The notes below the pieces were generated by a model. That model was given only the letters and a program-made list of their open reading frames with translations. It was not told where the DNA came from and ran no database searches. A program made the translations under genes and the position numbers. Shown here in pieces: positions 9,834-19,281 of a stretch of DNA of 64,000 bases; the first letter of the stretch is position 1, and every line of letters begins with the position of its first letter. Source of the stretch: Gammaproteobacteria bacterium (GTDB lineage: Bacteria > Pseudomonadota > Gammaproteobacteria > Magnimaribacterales > D2472); the NCBI GenBank assembly GCA_045563715.1, contig JBJLIP010000001.1, positions 65,131-129,130 on the forward strand, read 5' to 3'.

Positions 9834-10789
9834 TAAATTGATACATTTAAATCAGACTTATTAGTAAGGCTTCCTCTGATCATGCCCTCTGTATTGAAAG
9901 GTGTAGATATATTGGCATCTTTGTCAATTGCGATTAGTCCTCCGGAAGCTCCAATGTCATTGAGCTCTTTTATTATATTGTGTGAAGAGTCTTTTAATGA
10001 TTGATTAAGGTATTCCATTCTAGTGCAAACCTCTTTTGCAACTTGAAACTTTATAAAGAATTCTCCATGACCTGTTGAAGAGACTCCACAAACATTATTT
10101 TGAGCCCATGTCCCAGACCCAACTATCGGAGTATCTCCAACCCTTCCAGGCATCTTATTAGTCATGCCTCCAGTAGAAGTTGCAGCTGAAATATTTCCTT
10201 CCTTATCAATAGCAACTGCACCAACGGTACCGATTTTATCTTGGATTGAGTGATTCTCAGCAAATTTACTTTTTAGTTTTCTAAGTCGTTTAAGATTTTT
10301 TTCAGAATAAAAATAAGACGGTTCTACAATAACTTCTCCAATAGATTCAGCAAATGATTCAGCGCCTTCTCCAACCAAAAGAACATGCTGTGTTTCTTCT
10401 AAAACTTTTCTAGCAAGTTTAATAGGGTTTTTAACTTTCTTTATCGATGCAACAGCACCAGCACTTCTATCAAAACCGAACATAATTGAGGCATCCATTT
10501 CTTGTGTTTCTTCGGAAGTGTAAACCGATCCCCTGCCAGCATTAAATAAAGGAGAATCTTCAAATTCAGAAACTACAAATTCAACAGCATCAAGACTTGA
10601 GCCGCCTTTTTGCAGGATTTCGTATGCTGATAAAATTGTTTCTGATAGCTTTTGTTCAATAATATATTGTTGTTCTTCAGAAAGGTTAGACAAGACACCA
10701 GCCCCTCCATGAACAACTATTCCAAAATTTTGATTAGCCAAAATAAAATTACAATTAATTAATAAAAGAAGCCAAAGCTTTTTACTCAT
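9830..10789 (-). CDS. iaaA: Isoaspartyl peptidase / L-asparaginase (Ntn hydrolase), secreted
   Basis: 319 aa. Signal peptide, HGGAG, autoprocessing site DKIGTVGAVA, GHGEFF. Confidence 0.8.
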   Translation of the reverse strand: MSKKLWLLLLINCNFILANQNFGIVVHGGAGVLSNLSEEQQYIIEQKLSETILSAYEILQKGGSSLDAVEFVVSEFEDSPLFNAGRGSVYTSEETQEMDASIMFGFDRSAGAVASIKKVKNPIKLARKVLEETQHVLLVGEGAESFAESIGEVIVEPSYFYSEKNLKRLRKLKSKFAENHSIQDKIGTVGAVAIDKEGNISAATSTGGMTNKMPGRVGDTPIVGSGTWAQNNVCGVSSTGHGEFFIKFQVAKEVCTRMEYLNQSLKDSSHNIIKELNDIGASGGLIAIDKDANISTPFNTEGMIRGSLTNKSDLNVSIY

Positions 10790-11843
10790 TTGAAGATGAA
10801 AATGCTGGCCAAGAGTTCCACACAGCTTTTATAAAAGTAGCTAGAGGGATAGAAAAGAATACACCCCAAAAACCAAACATGCTTCCGAACATAAATACAG
10901 CAAGAATAATTACAAGAGGGTGAAGCTTTACTGCCTCAGAAAAAATTATAGGTACTAACAAATTACCATCCAAGAATTGAAGTAATAGGTAAAGCCCAAT
11001 TAATAAATAAAACTGAGTACCAAGGCCGAATTGTATTAATCCAATTATAAATATTGGAATAGTTACAGCAAATGCTCCTACAAATGGGATAAGAACAGAC
11101 AATCCAACTAATACTGCCAATAATGCTGAATACTTTAAACCAAAAGAAGCGAATAAAATTGCTGCAGCAATTCCAACTATTACAATTTCAAGAACTTTTC
11201 CTCTAATGTAGTTGCTTAATTGAGTATCCATTTCCATCCACACCCTGGATAGCATCACTCTATCTCCTGGTATGATCTTTATACATCCATTTATAATTTT
11301 TTTTCTATCAAAAAAGAAAAAATAAACCAATATTGGAAAGATCATTACGTACAAGAGCATTGAAAGTGAGCTCTGGATACCAGAAACCGAGGTATTTACC
11401 AGATTTGGAGCTATTGTAGATAATTCTGCAGATATTGCCTCAAAAAATACTGATATTTGAGCAGAATCAACAAGACCAGGAAAAGATGCTGGCATTGTTG
11501 AAATATAATTTATAAATCTCATGTAATAGCTGGGAACATCCTGAATAAAATTTGAAAGCTGACCATATAATAGTGGTACTAACCATACGAACATGACAGC
11601 ACCAATTATTATAAATATTGTGAAAGCGAGTATCTTAGCGATTGATTCAGAAACATTATAAGACTCTATCTTTTTTTGCAGACCAACTAATAGGTATGCT
11701 GCGACTATACTAACAATAAAAGGCGTTAATATCGCAGCAAAAAAACTAAAGATAATCAAAGTGAATACAATTATCAATGCGAAAATTACAGTTTCCTCAT
11801 TGCTAAATATTCTTTTAAAAAAATTGTTTAGATGTTTTATCAT
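10782..11843 (-). CDS. perM: AI-2E / PerM (UPF0118) family permease
   Basis: 353 aa, about 8 TM helices. Family-typical length and C-terminal GxxGxFFSIPL region. Divergent from bepA as yfgO/perM is in E. coli. Confidence 0.65.
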   Translation of the reverse strand: MIKHLNNFFKRIFSNEETVIFALIIVFTLIIFSFFAAILTPFIVSIVAAYLLVGLQKKIESYNVSESIAKILAFTIFIIIGAVMFVWLVPLLYGQLSNFIQDVPSYYMRFINYISTMPASFPGLVDSAQISVFFEAISAELSTIAPNLVNTSVSGIQSSLSMLLYVMIFPILVYFFFFDRKKIINGCIKIIPGDRVMLSRVWMEMDTQLSNYIRGKVLEIVIVGIAAAILFASFGLKYSALLAVLVGLSVLIPFVGAFAVTIPIFIIGLIQFGLGTQFYLLIGLYLLLQFLDGNLLVPIIFSEAVKLHPLVIILAVFMFGSMFGFWGVFFSIPLATFIKAVWNSWPAFSSSNE

Positions 11844-11965
11844 TTTTACTAGTACATTATATATAACATTTTGATGAAAATTGCTAATACGTTATATTCT
11901 TTAAAATAATAAACTTTATTCATCTTTAAATGTTCTAAGTTAAAATTAAGAAAATTATTTTAAAA

Positions 11966-13402
11966 ATGAAAATCTACCTTAGTATTATTTTTAGCCTCCT
12001 CCTTGCACATGACGCGGTTTCTGATGATATTCCTTCAAGTGAAATAATACTACCTGAACTTGGTGATAGAGTTTCTGGAGCTGTATCAGCAGCACAAGAA
12101 AGAGCTATAGGAGAAATGTTTCTTGAACAAATATATTCACAGGCACCCCTGATATCAGACCCTCTTCTTTTTGATTATACAGAGCATTTGATTTATAGGC
12201 TTTCTGAGTTCAGTCAAGTGGATGATAGATATTTTAATGTTTTATTAATTGATGATAGCTCATTAAATGCTTTTGCTGCACCTGGAGGCATTATTGGTGT
12301 TAACGGTGGATTATTTCTTAATGCTGATAATGAGGGACAATTTGCATCAGTTCTTGCCCATGAGTTAGCTCATTTGAGTCAAAGGCATTTTGCTAGAAAT
12401 GTTTTAAAATCTCAAGATAGCAATCTTGCTTCAGCTTTGGTGATGGTTTCTTCCATTGCAATTGCATTGATTAGTAACAATCCGAACGCAATATCAGTTG
12501 GTCCAGCATTTCTTCAACAACAAAATTTAAGATATAGCCGTCTCTTTGAAAAAGAAGCTGATAGAGTTGGGTTTGCAAATCTTGTAAGAGCTGGTTACAA
12601 CCCGAAATCAATGGGTGAAATGTTTGAAAATATGAATGATATAAGAAGATTATCTGGAGACTTGCCGCCTGAATTCCTCCTGACACATCCACTTTCCTCT
12701 TCAAGGATTAGTGATGCTTTTAATGCTGCAGAGGGTATCTCCGAAGAAGGAAAAAAAAGTGATTCATTGGAGTTTGGTTTGATGAAAACAAGATTAGAGG
12801 TCTATTATGAAAAGATTCCCGCAAATGCTTTAAGATCTTATCAAGCTAAAGTAAATAACAACCCGTCTGATGCTAATATTTATGGCTTAGCCTTAGCACA
12901 TGAAAAAAATAGTAATTTTGATAAAAGCTTGTCTTTGCTGAACAATTTAATAGAAAAGTATCCAAAAAATCTTGTAATTAATACAACTAAAGTTGATGTC
13001 TTATTGTCTAATGATGAATTTAATAGAGCTCTTACTCTTGTTGATAGATTTCTAGAAATTTCTCCAAAAAATTATCCACTTTCAATTTCTAAGTCTAAAG
13101 TTCTTCTTGCTATGGAGAGATATTTTGAATCGGAAGAAATCATAAGAGATCAACTGTTAAGAAGAAATGATGATCCAGAGCTGTGGCTTTTATTATCAGA
13201 AATACAAAGAAGTAGTCAAAATATTATTGGATATCATCAAAGTAGAGCAGAATATTTTCTTTTATTAGGTCAAGATGAACAAGCGCTAAATCAGCTTGAG
13301 TTTGCCCTGCAACTTACACGAAATAATTTTCAGGTATCCGAGAGTATTATGAATAAGATAGTTAAAATTAAAAAAGATTTAAGTAATTCTAGAGGTCTTT
13401 AA
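11966..13402 (+). CDS. bepA: Periplasmic M48 metalloprotease with TPR domain, BepA (YfgC)
   Basis: 478 aa. Signal peptide, HELAHLSQRH zinc motif, C-terminal TPR-like repeats. perM/bcp neighbourhood. Confidence 0.88.
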   Translation: MKIYLSIIFSLLLAHDAVSDDIPSSEIILPELGDRVSGAVSAAQERAIGEMFLEQIYSQAPLISDPLLFDYTEHLIYRLSEFSQVDDRYFNVLLIDDSSLNAFAAPGGIIGVNGGLFLNADNEGQFASVLAHELAHLSQRHFARNVLKSQDSNLASALVMVSSIAIALISNNPNAISVGPAFLQQQNLRYSRLFEKEADRVGFANLVRAGYNPKSMGEMFENMNDIRRLSGDLPPEFLLTHPLSSSRISDAFNAAEGISEEGKKSDSLEFGLMKTRLEVYYEKIPANALRSYQAKVNNNPSDANIYGLALAHEKNSNFDKSLSLLNNLIEKYPKNLVINTTKVDVLLSNDEFNRALTLVDRFLEISPKNYPLSISKSKVLLAMERYFESEEIIRDQLLRRNDDPELWLLLSEIQRSSQNIIGYHQSRAEYFLLLGQDEQALNQLEFALQLTRNNFQVSESIMNKIVKIKKDLSNSRGL

Positions 13403-14615
13403 ATTTTTCTTTATTAAAAATTTTAATTCCAACTAAAGATAAAATACCTGCAATAGGTATACCTAAGATTGGCATGATACCAATTCCAATTCCTAAAAAT
13501 TTTCCTATTCCAATATAAATGCTGCCGGTTAAGTCACCAAATCGTGTTAAAAAAGTATCAATAAAAACTGAGGATTTATACCTATCATTTTTTTCTAATC
13601 CGCTATAGACAATTTCTCTACTGGGTTTGTTAAATGCATATTCAAAAACTCTAAGAATGGCTTGTGATATGACTACCACACCAACGCTTGGATAAAAGCC
13701 ATATAGTAAAAAAACAACTACAAATAAGGCTCCATATATAATTAAAATTGACCTTATTCCAATAAAAGAAATAACAAAATATGTTAAAAAAACTTGTGAT
13801 ATAAGTGTTAGAGGCGAAACTAACTGTTCAATTCTTCCGAACAACTCAATTCTTTCTGGAGAAAGATCTGAATATGCTTCGACTATTGGAATGGCACATA
13901 TCCATTGAATAGTCATTAAAAGAGTAAATAGCCAAGAATAAGTTGCGATTAATCTTATTTCGCTTTTTGTAATGATATTTTTTATCGGATCTAGTGCCGT
14001 GCCACCAACTTTACTTATCGAATTAACAGAAGCACGCGTATTAAAAATATAAATAGCCAAAAGCATTGCTAATAAAAGCAGTATTGATGATGTTAAAACA
14101 AAAAGCTCTAATCCATTATTTACAAATGACTCGGATAATCTAATAGCCAATTCAGATCCAAAAATTGCTCCAACGGAACCACCTGCCATTATAAATCCAT
14201 AAAATCTTCTTGATTTATAGTTCCTATATAAATTAATTATTAAAACCCAAAAAATTGACACCACAAAAAAAGAATAGATATTTGCCCAGACATAGAAAAT
14301 TCTTCCTAGCCAAACTTTTTGATAAATGTCTTCAGCTGTGAGAGACCTCGAGTAGAACAGAAATACAAAGAGGTTAATTATTAAAAAAGAATAACAATAA
14401 ATTACGATCTTTTTAAAATTAGATCTTGATGCAATCCATGAATATATTGGATTAATCAGTAACATTACCAATGCGGTACAAGATAGTAGTATTATGAGGA
14501 AATCATCACTGTAATTTTCAACAGCTAATTCATTTCTTACTGCTCTCATGACATACCATGAAGAAAGAACTAAAAAGAATAAAAAACTAGCAAGAAATAA
14601 ATCTTTTGGTTTCAT
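13389..14615 (-). CDS. Polytopic MFS-type membrane transporter with a TLC (ATP/ADP-translocase-like) style N-terminus
   Basis: 408 aa, about 11-12 hydrophobic helices. The N-terminus FLASFLFFLVLSSWYVMRAVRNELAV...INPIYSWIASR resembles, from memory, the start of Npt/TLC-family carriers. The subfamily is not verified. Confidence 0.5.
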   Translation of the reverse strand: MKPKDLFLASFLFFLVLSSWYVMRAVRNELAVENYSDDFLIILLSCTALVMLLINPIYSWIASRSNFKKIVIYCYSFLIINLFVFLFYSRSLTAEDIYQKVWLGRIFYVWANIYSFFVVSIFWVLIINLYRNYKSRRFYGFIMAGGSVGAIFGSELAIRLSESFVNNGLELFVLTSSILLLLAMLLAIYIFNTRASVNSISKVGGTALDPIKNIITKSEIRLIATYSWLFTLLMTIQWICAIPIVEAYSDLSPERIELFGRIEQLVSPLTLISQVFLTYFVISFIGIRSILIIYGALFVVVFLLYGFYPSVGVVVISQAILRVFEYAFNKPSREIVYSGLEKNDRYKSSVFIDTFLTRFGDLTGSIYIGIGKFLGIGIGIMPILGIPIAGILSLVGIKIFNKEKFKDL

Positions 14616-14636
14616 AAAAACATTATGCCTTATGAA

Positions 14637-14712
14637 TGGTGGGTCGCACAGGATTCGAACCTGTGACCAATTGGTTAAAAGCCAACTGCTCTACCAGCTG
14701 AGCTAGCGACCC
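14637..14712 (-). tRNA. tRNA-Lys (anticodon UUU), CCA encoded
   Basis: The reverse complement folds as GGGTCGC-TA-GCTC-AGCTGGTA-GAGC-A-GTTGG-CTTTTAA-CCAAT-TGGTC-ACAGG-TTCGAAT-CCTGT-GCGACCC-A-CCA. A tRNA-Lys after cpoB is also the E. coli arrangement. Confidence 0.97.
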
Positions 14713-14739
14713 GCAGTAATACATACTAAAAGATGGTGA

Positions 14740-15393
14740 TTATTCCATATTTTTCAATAACTGCAAGGCCAAAGACGATGCAGTATTATTGGGATATTCT
14801 CTTACAACAAAATTATACTTATCTTTTGCTTTATCAAGATCATTAGATTTTAAATAAATATCACCAATTTTTTTGTGTGCTAGAGGAACTCTGTAATGAT
14901 TTGGATAAGAACTTATTAATTCCATAAAAAAATCTTTTGATTCATCTAACTCATTGTTAATGAGAGAAATTTCACCTAACCAAAAATACGAGAGAGGTTT
15001 CTTTTCATCATCGCTAAAACTTTTAACAAAAAAATTAAATAGCGTGAACGCCTTGTCATAATCCTGGTCTCTTAAGGCTTTGTCTGCTGCGCCATATACC
15101 TGATCTTTGCTATTGGGATCTTCTATTCCTTTAAATCTAATATCTGCATCTAATGCTAGATCAGTAGTATTTGCAGATTCTTCATCAGAAGAATTAAGAG
15201 ATTCATCAATTAATTTTTCTATGAGATAATTTTGAGATTCTATCTTATTTCTTAATTCAGCTATCTCTATCTCTAGTTCTTGAATTTTAAGAAATAGAAT
15301 GTCTGTTTTTGCGGTATCATTCTCGTCTGCATTAATGTCATTTGGTAAAAAACTTATTAAAACTAATAATATTAATGAGAATTTTTTATGCAT
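14740..15393 (-). CDS. cpoB: Cell-division coordinator CpoB (YbgF), coiled-coil plus TPR
   Basis: 217 aa. Signal peptide, N-terminal coiled coil (LKIQELEIEIAELRNKIE), C-terminal TPR repeats. Last gene of the tol-pal cluster. Confidence 0.85.
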   Translation of the reverse strand: MHKKFSLILLVLISFLPNDINADENDTAKTDILFLKIQELEIEIAELRNKIESQNYLIEKLIDESLNSSDEESANTTDLALDADIRFKGIEDPNSKDQVYGAADKALRDQDYDKAFTLFNFFVKSFSDDEKKPLSYFWLGEISLINNELDESKDFFMELISSYPNHYRVPLAHKKIGDIYLKSNDLDKAKDKYNFVVREYPNNTASSLALQLLKNME

Positions 15394-15881
15394 TAATTAA
15401 TTTCAACTCTTCTATTCTTAGAAAAACTAACTTCATCTTGCCCATATGCTACTGGTTTTTCTTCACCATAGCTTTTAACTGAAATTCTGCTTTTATTTAT
15501 TCCATTTAAAACAAAATAATCACTAACGGTTTCAGCTCTTCTTTGTCCTAATGCTAAATTATATTCTCTTGTACCCCTCTCATCTGCATGTCCAGAGAGA
15601 GTGATTTTAATGGACGGATTCTCATTTAATGCATTCACTGCGCTTTTTAAAGTTTGTATAGATTTGCTTGTTAAAGAAGATTTATCAAATTCAAAATAGA
15701 CAGTTGCGTTAGCAAATACTGCCTTGCTATCAAAATTAATGTTATCAGCTTTAGCAGAAGATGCCTTTACAGTTTTTACTCCTTCAGAATATACATTTTC
15801 TTCTGTAACATTCATACTCGAACAAGACGATAAAAAGATTATAACTGCAACAAGATTTAACTTATTTCTTAAAAAAAACAT
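15393..15881 (-). CDS. pal: Peptidoglycan-associated lipoprotein Pal
   Basis: 162 aa. Lipobox FLSSCSS. OmpA-like domain (LSGHADERGTREYNLALGQRRAE...NRRVEI). Confidence 0.94.
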   Translation of the reverse strand: MFFLRNKLNLVAVIIFLSSCSSMNVTEENVYSEGVKTVKASSAKADNINFDSKAVFANATVYFEFDKSSLTSKSIQTLKSAVNALNENPSIKITLSGHADERGTREYNLALGQRRAETVSDYFVLNGINKSRISVKSYGEEKPVAYGQDEVSFSKNRRVEIN

Positions 15882-15896
15882 AATTACTCCCTAAAA

Positions 15897-17153
15897 TTAT
15901 CTTAAAAATCCTGACCAGGCTGGCTCTCTTACAGATCCCTCTGTGGCAGGCAGTTTAAATTTAGCCCCACTCAGAGTAACTCCCGAAAGCAATCCCAAGT
16001 CCTCTTCTTTTATAGAATAAACTATAACATTTCCATTGGGCGAAATACTAGGAGATTCATCCATCTGAGACTCAGTAAGTGGCCTAATAAAATTTTCATC
16101 AAAATATTTTAATGCTATTTGAAAATTAACATCAGCTCTGTGAACAAAAACTATACCTTCATTATTTGGTAAATATGTGCCTTTTGCATTGTAATTACCA
16201 TCGAAAGTTATTCTTCTTGGTCGAGCATTAGATTTTCTTAAATTTATTTCATAAAGCTGTGGTGAGCCAGATCTACCAGATGTAAACATTATTTTTGAAC
16301 CTTTTTTTGACCATGTTGACTCTGTATCAATAGCATAATGATTGGTTAGCCTGGTTAAATTTTTATTCTTTAAATTTAAGATATAAATTTCTGCATTGCC
16401 ATCTTGGTACATTGTTAAAGATAAAAATTTGCCGTCTGGCGACCAAGCAGGAGAGCTTATTTGGGAAGAGTTTTCTATAACAAGCTCCCTGTCTCCAGAT
16501 GCTATATCTTGAATGAAAACTTTAGCCATTCCGGTTTCAAATGAAACATACGCTACTTTTTTTGAATCTGGTGACCAAGAAGGTGAAATTATAGGCTCTG
16601 AGCTTTCTAAAAGAATTTGCTCGTTCTTTCCATCAGCATCTGCTACCACAAGTCTATAATCTTTGTTTTGTGTTACGTATAAAATTTTTGTTGAGGCAAT
16701 ACCTTGAATACCAGTTATTTCTTCATAAATTCCATCACTTATGTAATGGGCCAATTGTCTATTCTTATTTGGGATACCGTAAACAGTTGAAGATCTTACC
16801 TTTGAGCCCTTTTTTATATCAAAAACTTGATATTCAGCTTTAATATTTGAAGATTCACTCGCTAGACCCCCAATAATTAAATAATCAATATTTAAAATCC
16901 TAAAATCATTAAATATAATTTCATCTTCATTATTTGGTATGGATAGCAAGTCATCATTATCAAACAAGTTAAACTCTCCGGTTCTGATCAAATTATTTTT
17001 AATAATTTGATCAATTTCTGAAGAGATCTGATCATCTCCATTGAACTTAATAACTGCCACTCTATATGGGTCTTGGGTGCCTTGTGTAATTTCTAAAATA
17101 AGTTCTGAAGAAATAAAGCTTGAAAAATATATCAATAAGAAGAATTTTTTCAT
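15897..17153 (-). CDS. tolB: Tol-Pal system beta-propeller protein TolB
   Basis: 418 aa. Signal peptide and repeated SP.WSPDG motifs (SPSWSPDSKKVAYVS, SPAWSPDGKFLS). Confidence 0.95.
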   Translation of the reverse strand: MKKFFLLIYFSSFISSELILEITQGTQDPYRVAVIKFNGDDQISSEIDQIIKNNLIRTGEFNLFDNDDLLSIPNNEDEIIFNDFRILNIDYLIIGGLASESSNIKAEYQVFDIKKGSKVRSSTVYGIPNKNRQLAHYISDGIYEEITGIQGIASTKILYVTQNKDYRLVVADADGKNEQILLESSEPIISPSWSPDSKKVAYVSFETGMAKVFIQDIASGDRELVIENSSQISSPAWSPDGKFLSLTMYQDGNAEIYILNLKNKNLTRLTNHYAIDTESTWSKKGSKIMFTSGRSGSPQLYEINLRKSNARPRRITFDGNYNAKGTYLPNNEGIVFVHRADVNFQIALKYFDENFIRPLTESQMDESPSISPNGNVIVYSIKEEDLGLLSGVTLSGAKFKLPATEGSVREPAWSGFLR

Positions 17154-17776
17154 GACGGATTAAAGGTTACTACAATATTTTTAAAATTTGATGAGTAAAC
17201 TGATAGAGGTATTTTACTGAAGAAATTGAATGTTTCTACCCTTTGAACTGCTTTTAAAGCTGAATTATCAAATCTAATATTCCCACTACTTCTAATAAGA
17301 TTTGCTTTAATTACTCTTCCATTTTTATTTATTGTTAGTCTTAGGTCGCATATAAGTCCATCCTGAATATTAATTGGTTTTCGCCATGCAGACTGAATAG
17401 TTTGAATAATTAAAGAGCTATACATTTCTACCTGATTTTGTTCTGATTCTAACGATAGAAGATCATCTTCTATTAAAAGATCTTCAACACTTATAGAGTT
17501 AATAAGTGAATCAAATGATATTGATTTTTCTGTCACGTTGTTTTGAATTATTGGCTCTGTAGATTTTACTTCTTGAATTTGAGTCTTCTTAACTTTAGCA
17601 TTTGAATTATCTTGCTTAGCTTTTTCTTCAAAAACTAGATTAACGTTTATAGTTTTACTTAATACCGATCTTTGTTGAGAATCAAAATAAAAAAAACCAA
17701 GTAAATATAAGATAATTATTCCATGAATAACAAACGATATAAATGAAGCCTCTAAATAAACTTTATTTACTCTCAT
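17150..17776 (-). CDS. tolA: Tol-Pal system protein TolA (short form)
   Basis: 208 aa. N-terminal TM anchor, K/E/Q-rich linker, TonB_C/TolA-III-like C-terminus. Sits between tolR and tolB. Confidence 0.8.
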   Translation of the reverse strand: MRVNKVYLEASFISFVIHGIIILYLLGFFYFDSQQRSVLSKTINVNLVFEEKAKQDNSNAKVKKTQIQEVKSTEPIIQNNVTEKSISFDSLINSISVEDLLIEDDLLSLESEQNQVEMYSSLIIQTIQSAWRKPINIQDGLICDLRLTINKNGRVIKANLIRSSGNIRFDNSALKAVQRVETFNFFSKIPLSVYSSNFKNIVVTFNPS

Positions 17777-18188
17777 AACCAGACGTTACTATTCCAATTT
17801 TTGTAATGCCAATGCTTTGTACTGATGCCATGGCCTTTGCAACAGCATCAAATGAGACATCTTTATCGCTTTGAAAAACAACCTCAATTTCAGGATTGGC
17901 ATCAAAAATAACTTTGGATTTTCTTTTTAATTCATTTAAATCAATAGACAAAGATTCATCACCAATATTGATAAAATAGTCTCCGTTCTTATTTATAGAT
18001 ACCACTAGTGGTTCGCTTTGGACACTCATCTTTGTTGTGTCTGTTTTTGGGAGATTTACTTCAATGCCTTGAATTAAAAGAGGAGAAAGCACCATAAAAA
18101 TAATTAATAGAACTAGCATTACATCTATATAAGGAACCACATTTATTTCAGCTTTAAGATTTTTTTTCTTGGCTAGCCTGTATATCAT
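17763..18188 (-). CDS. tolR: Tol-Pal system protein TolR (ExbD family)
   Basis: 141 aa. INVVPYIDVMLVLLIIFMV TM helix with the conserved Asp. Confidence 0.92.
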   Translation of the reverse strand: MIYRLAKKKNLKAEINVVPYIDVMLVLLIIFMVLSPLLIQGIEVNLPKTDTTKMSVQSEPLVVSINKNGDYFINIGDESLSIDLNELKRKSKVIFDANPEIEVVFQSDKDVSFDAVAKAMASVQSIGITKIGIVTSGYESK

Positions 18189-18856
18189 TACTTTTTAATA
18201 GATTGTTTATAGAAAATACTTGCTAGCTCTTCAGCAAAAATTAAAGTGCTTTGACTAATAGTCTCAGATTCTGAGGTAAATTTATTGAAAGCCACTACAG
18301 CCGGTATGGCTGCAAATAACCCCATGCCAGTTGCTATTAAAGCCTCAGATATGCCAGGAGCGACTGCATTGATTGTGGCTTGCGTTGCATCAGACAATCC
18401 TTGAAATGAAGTCATGATTCCCCAAACTGTGCCTAACAAACCTACATATGGACTAACAGAACCAACATTTGCTAAAAATGGTAAATGCTTGTTCATATCC
18501 TCTTCATCTGAGGCAATAGATACTCTCATGGATCTATTAATGCTCTCAAGATCAAGCTCAGTAATATTTTGATCAGATTTTATACTGTTATATTCATCAA
18601 ATGAATTTTTAAACAAACTCATAGCTCCATACACAGAGCCATCACTTGAAACTTCTTTATATAAATTATCTAAATCCTTGCCACTCCAAAATTTCTTGAG
18701 GAAATTATCATTTAAATTTTTTATTTTTCTAAAAAAATTATATCTTTCTACAATTACTATCCAGGATAAAATTGAGGCGATAAATAAAATTAGCATCACT
18801 ATCTTTACAACAATTCCTGCTTCTAAGAAAAGATTTAAAACTGAAACATCATCCAT
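18188..18856 (-). CDS. tolQ: Tol-Pal system protein TolQ (MotA/ExbB family)
   Basis: 222 aa. 3 TM helices and GLLGTVWGIM...ALIATGMGLFAAIPA. Confidence 0.94.
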   Translation of the reverse strand: MDDVSVLNLFLEAGIVVKIVMLILFIASILSWIVIVERYNFFRKIKNLNDNFLKKFWSGKDLDNLYKEVSSDGSVYGAMSLFKNSFDEYNSIKSDQNITELDLESINRSMRVSIASDEEDMNKHLPFLANVGSVSPYVGLLGTVWGIMTSFQGLSDATQATINAVAPGISEALIATGMGLFAAIPAVVAFNKFTSESETISQSTLIFAEELASIFYKQSIKK

Positions 18857-18864
18857 TATTTTTC

Positions 18865-19281
18865 CTATTTAAATATTAATAATAAATCATCTGAGAACCT
18901 TTGTGGTTTTTTTGTCACAAGATCTATAAGACAAACATCAATTGTCCCTACAACATATTCTTTGTTATTTTCATCGACAATTTTTTGATAAAAAATCATT
19001 CTGGCATTAGAGCCTTTTTCAACTGATGATTTGATAATTAAATTATCTCCAAGTTCAGCTGCTGCGATATATTCTAAATTAATTTTTTTTATAACAAATG
19101 CTAAATTAAGTTTCCGTAACTCATTTTGAGAAACTTTGTTAGCTGATAGAAATTCTGATCTTGCTCTTTCAAAATATTTTAGATAGTTGGAATGGTATAC
19201 AACCCCTTGAAAATCGGTATCTTCAATATAAATCTTAAGTCTTAGATCTCTACACTTGATAATTTTGCTCATGCAACTCAA
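18865..19281 (-). CDS. ybgC: Tol-Pal-associated acyl-CoA thioesterase YbgC (hotdog fold)
   Basis: 138 aa. IYIEDTDFQGVVYHSNYLKYFERARSEFL matches the YbgC/4HBT N-terminus. The start could be 19272. Confidence 0.82.
   Translation of the reverse strand: MSCMSKIIKCRDLRLKIYIEDTDFQGVVYHSNYLKYFERARSEFLSANKVSQNELRKLNLAFVIKKINLEYIAAAELGDNLIIKSSVEKGSNARMIFYQKIVDENNKEYVVGTIDVCLIDLVTKKPQRFSDDLLLIFK

Noticed and set aside
14637-14712. tRNA-Lys as a possible integration hotspot or genomic-island boundary.
   Set aside because: It lies in the canonical post-cpoB position. Both flanks are tightly packed chromosomal genes, there is no integrase, and there is no direct repeat of the tRNA 3' end nearby.
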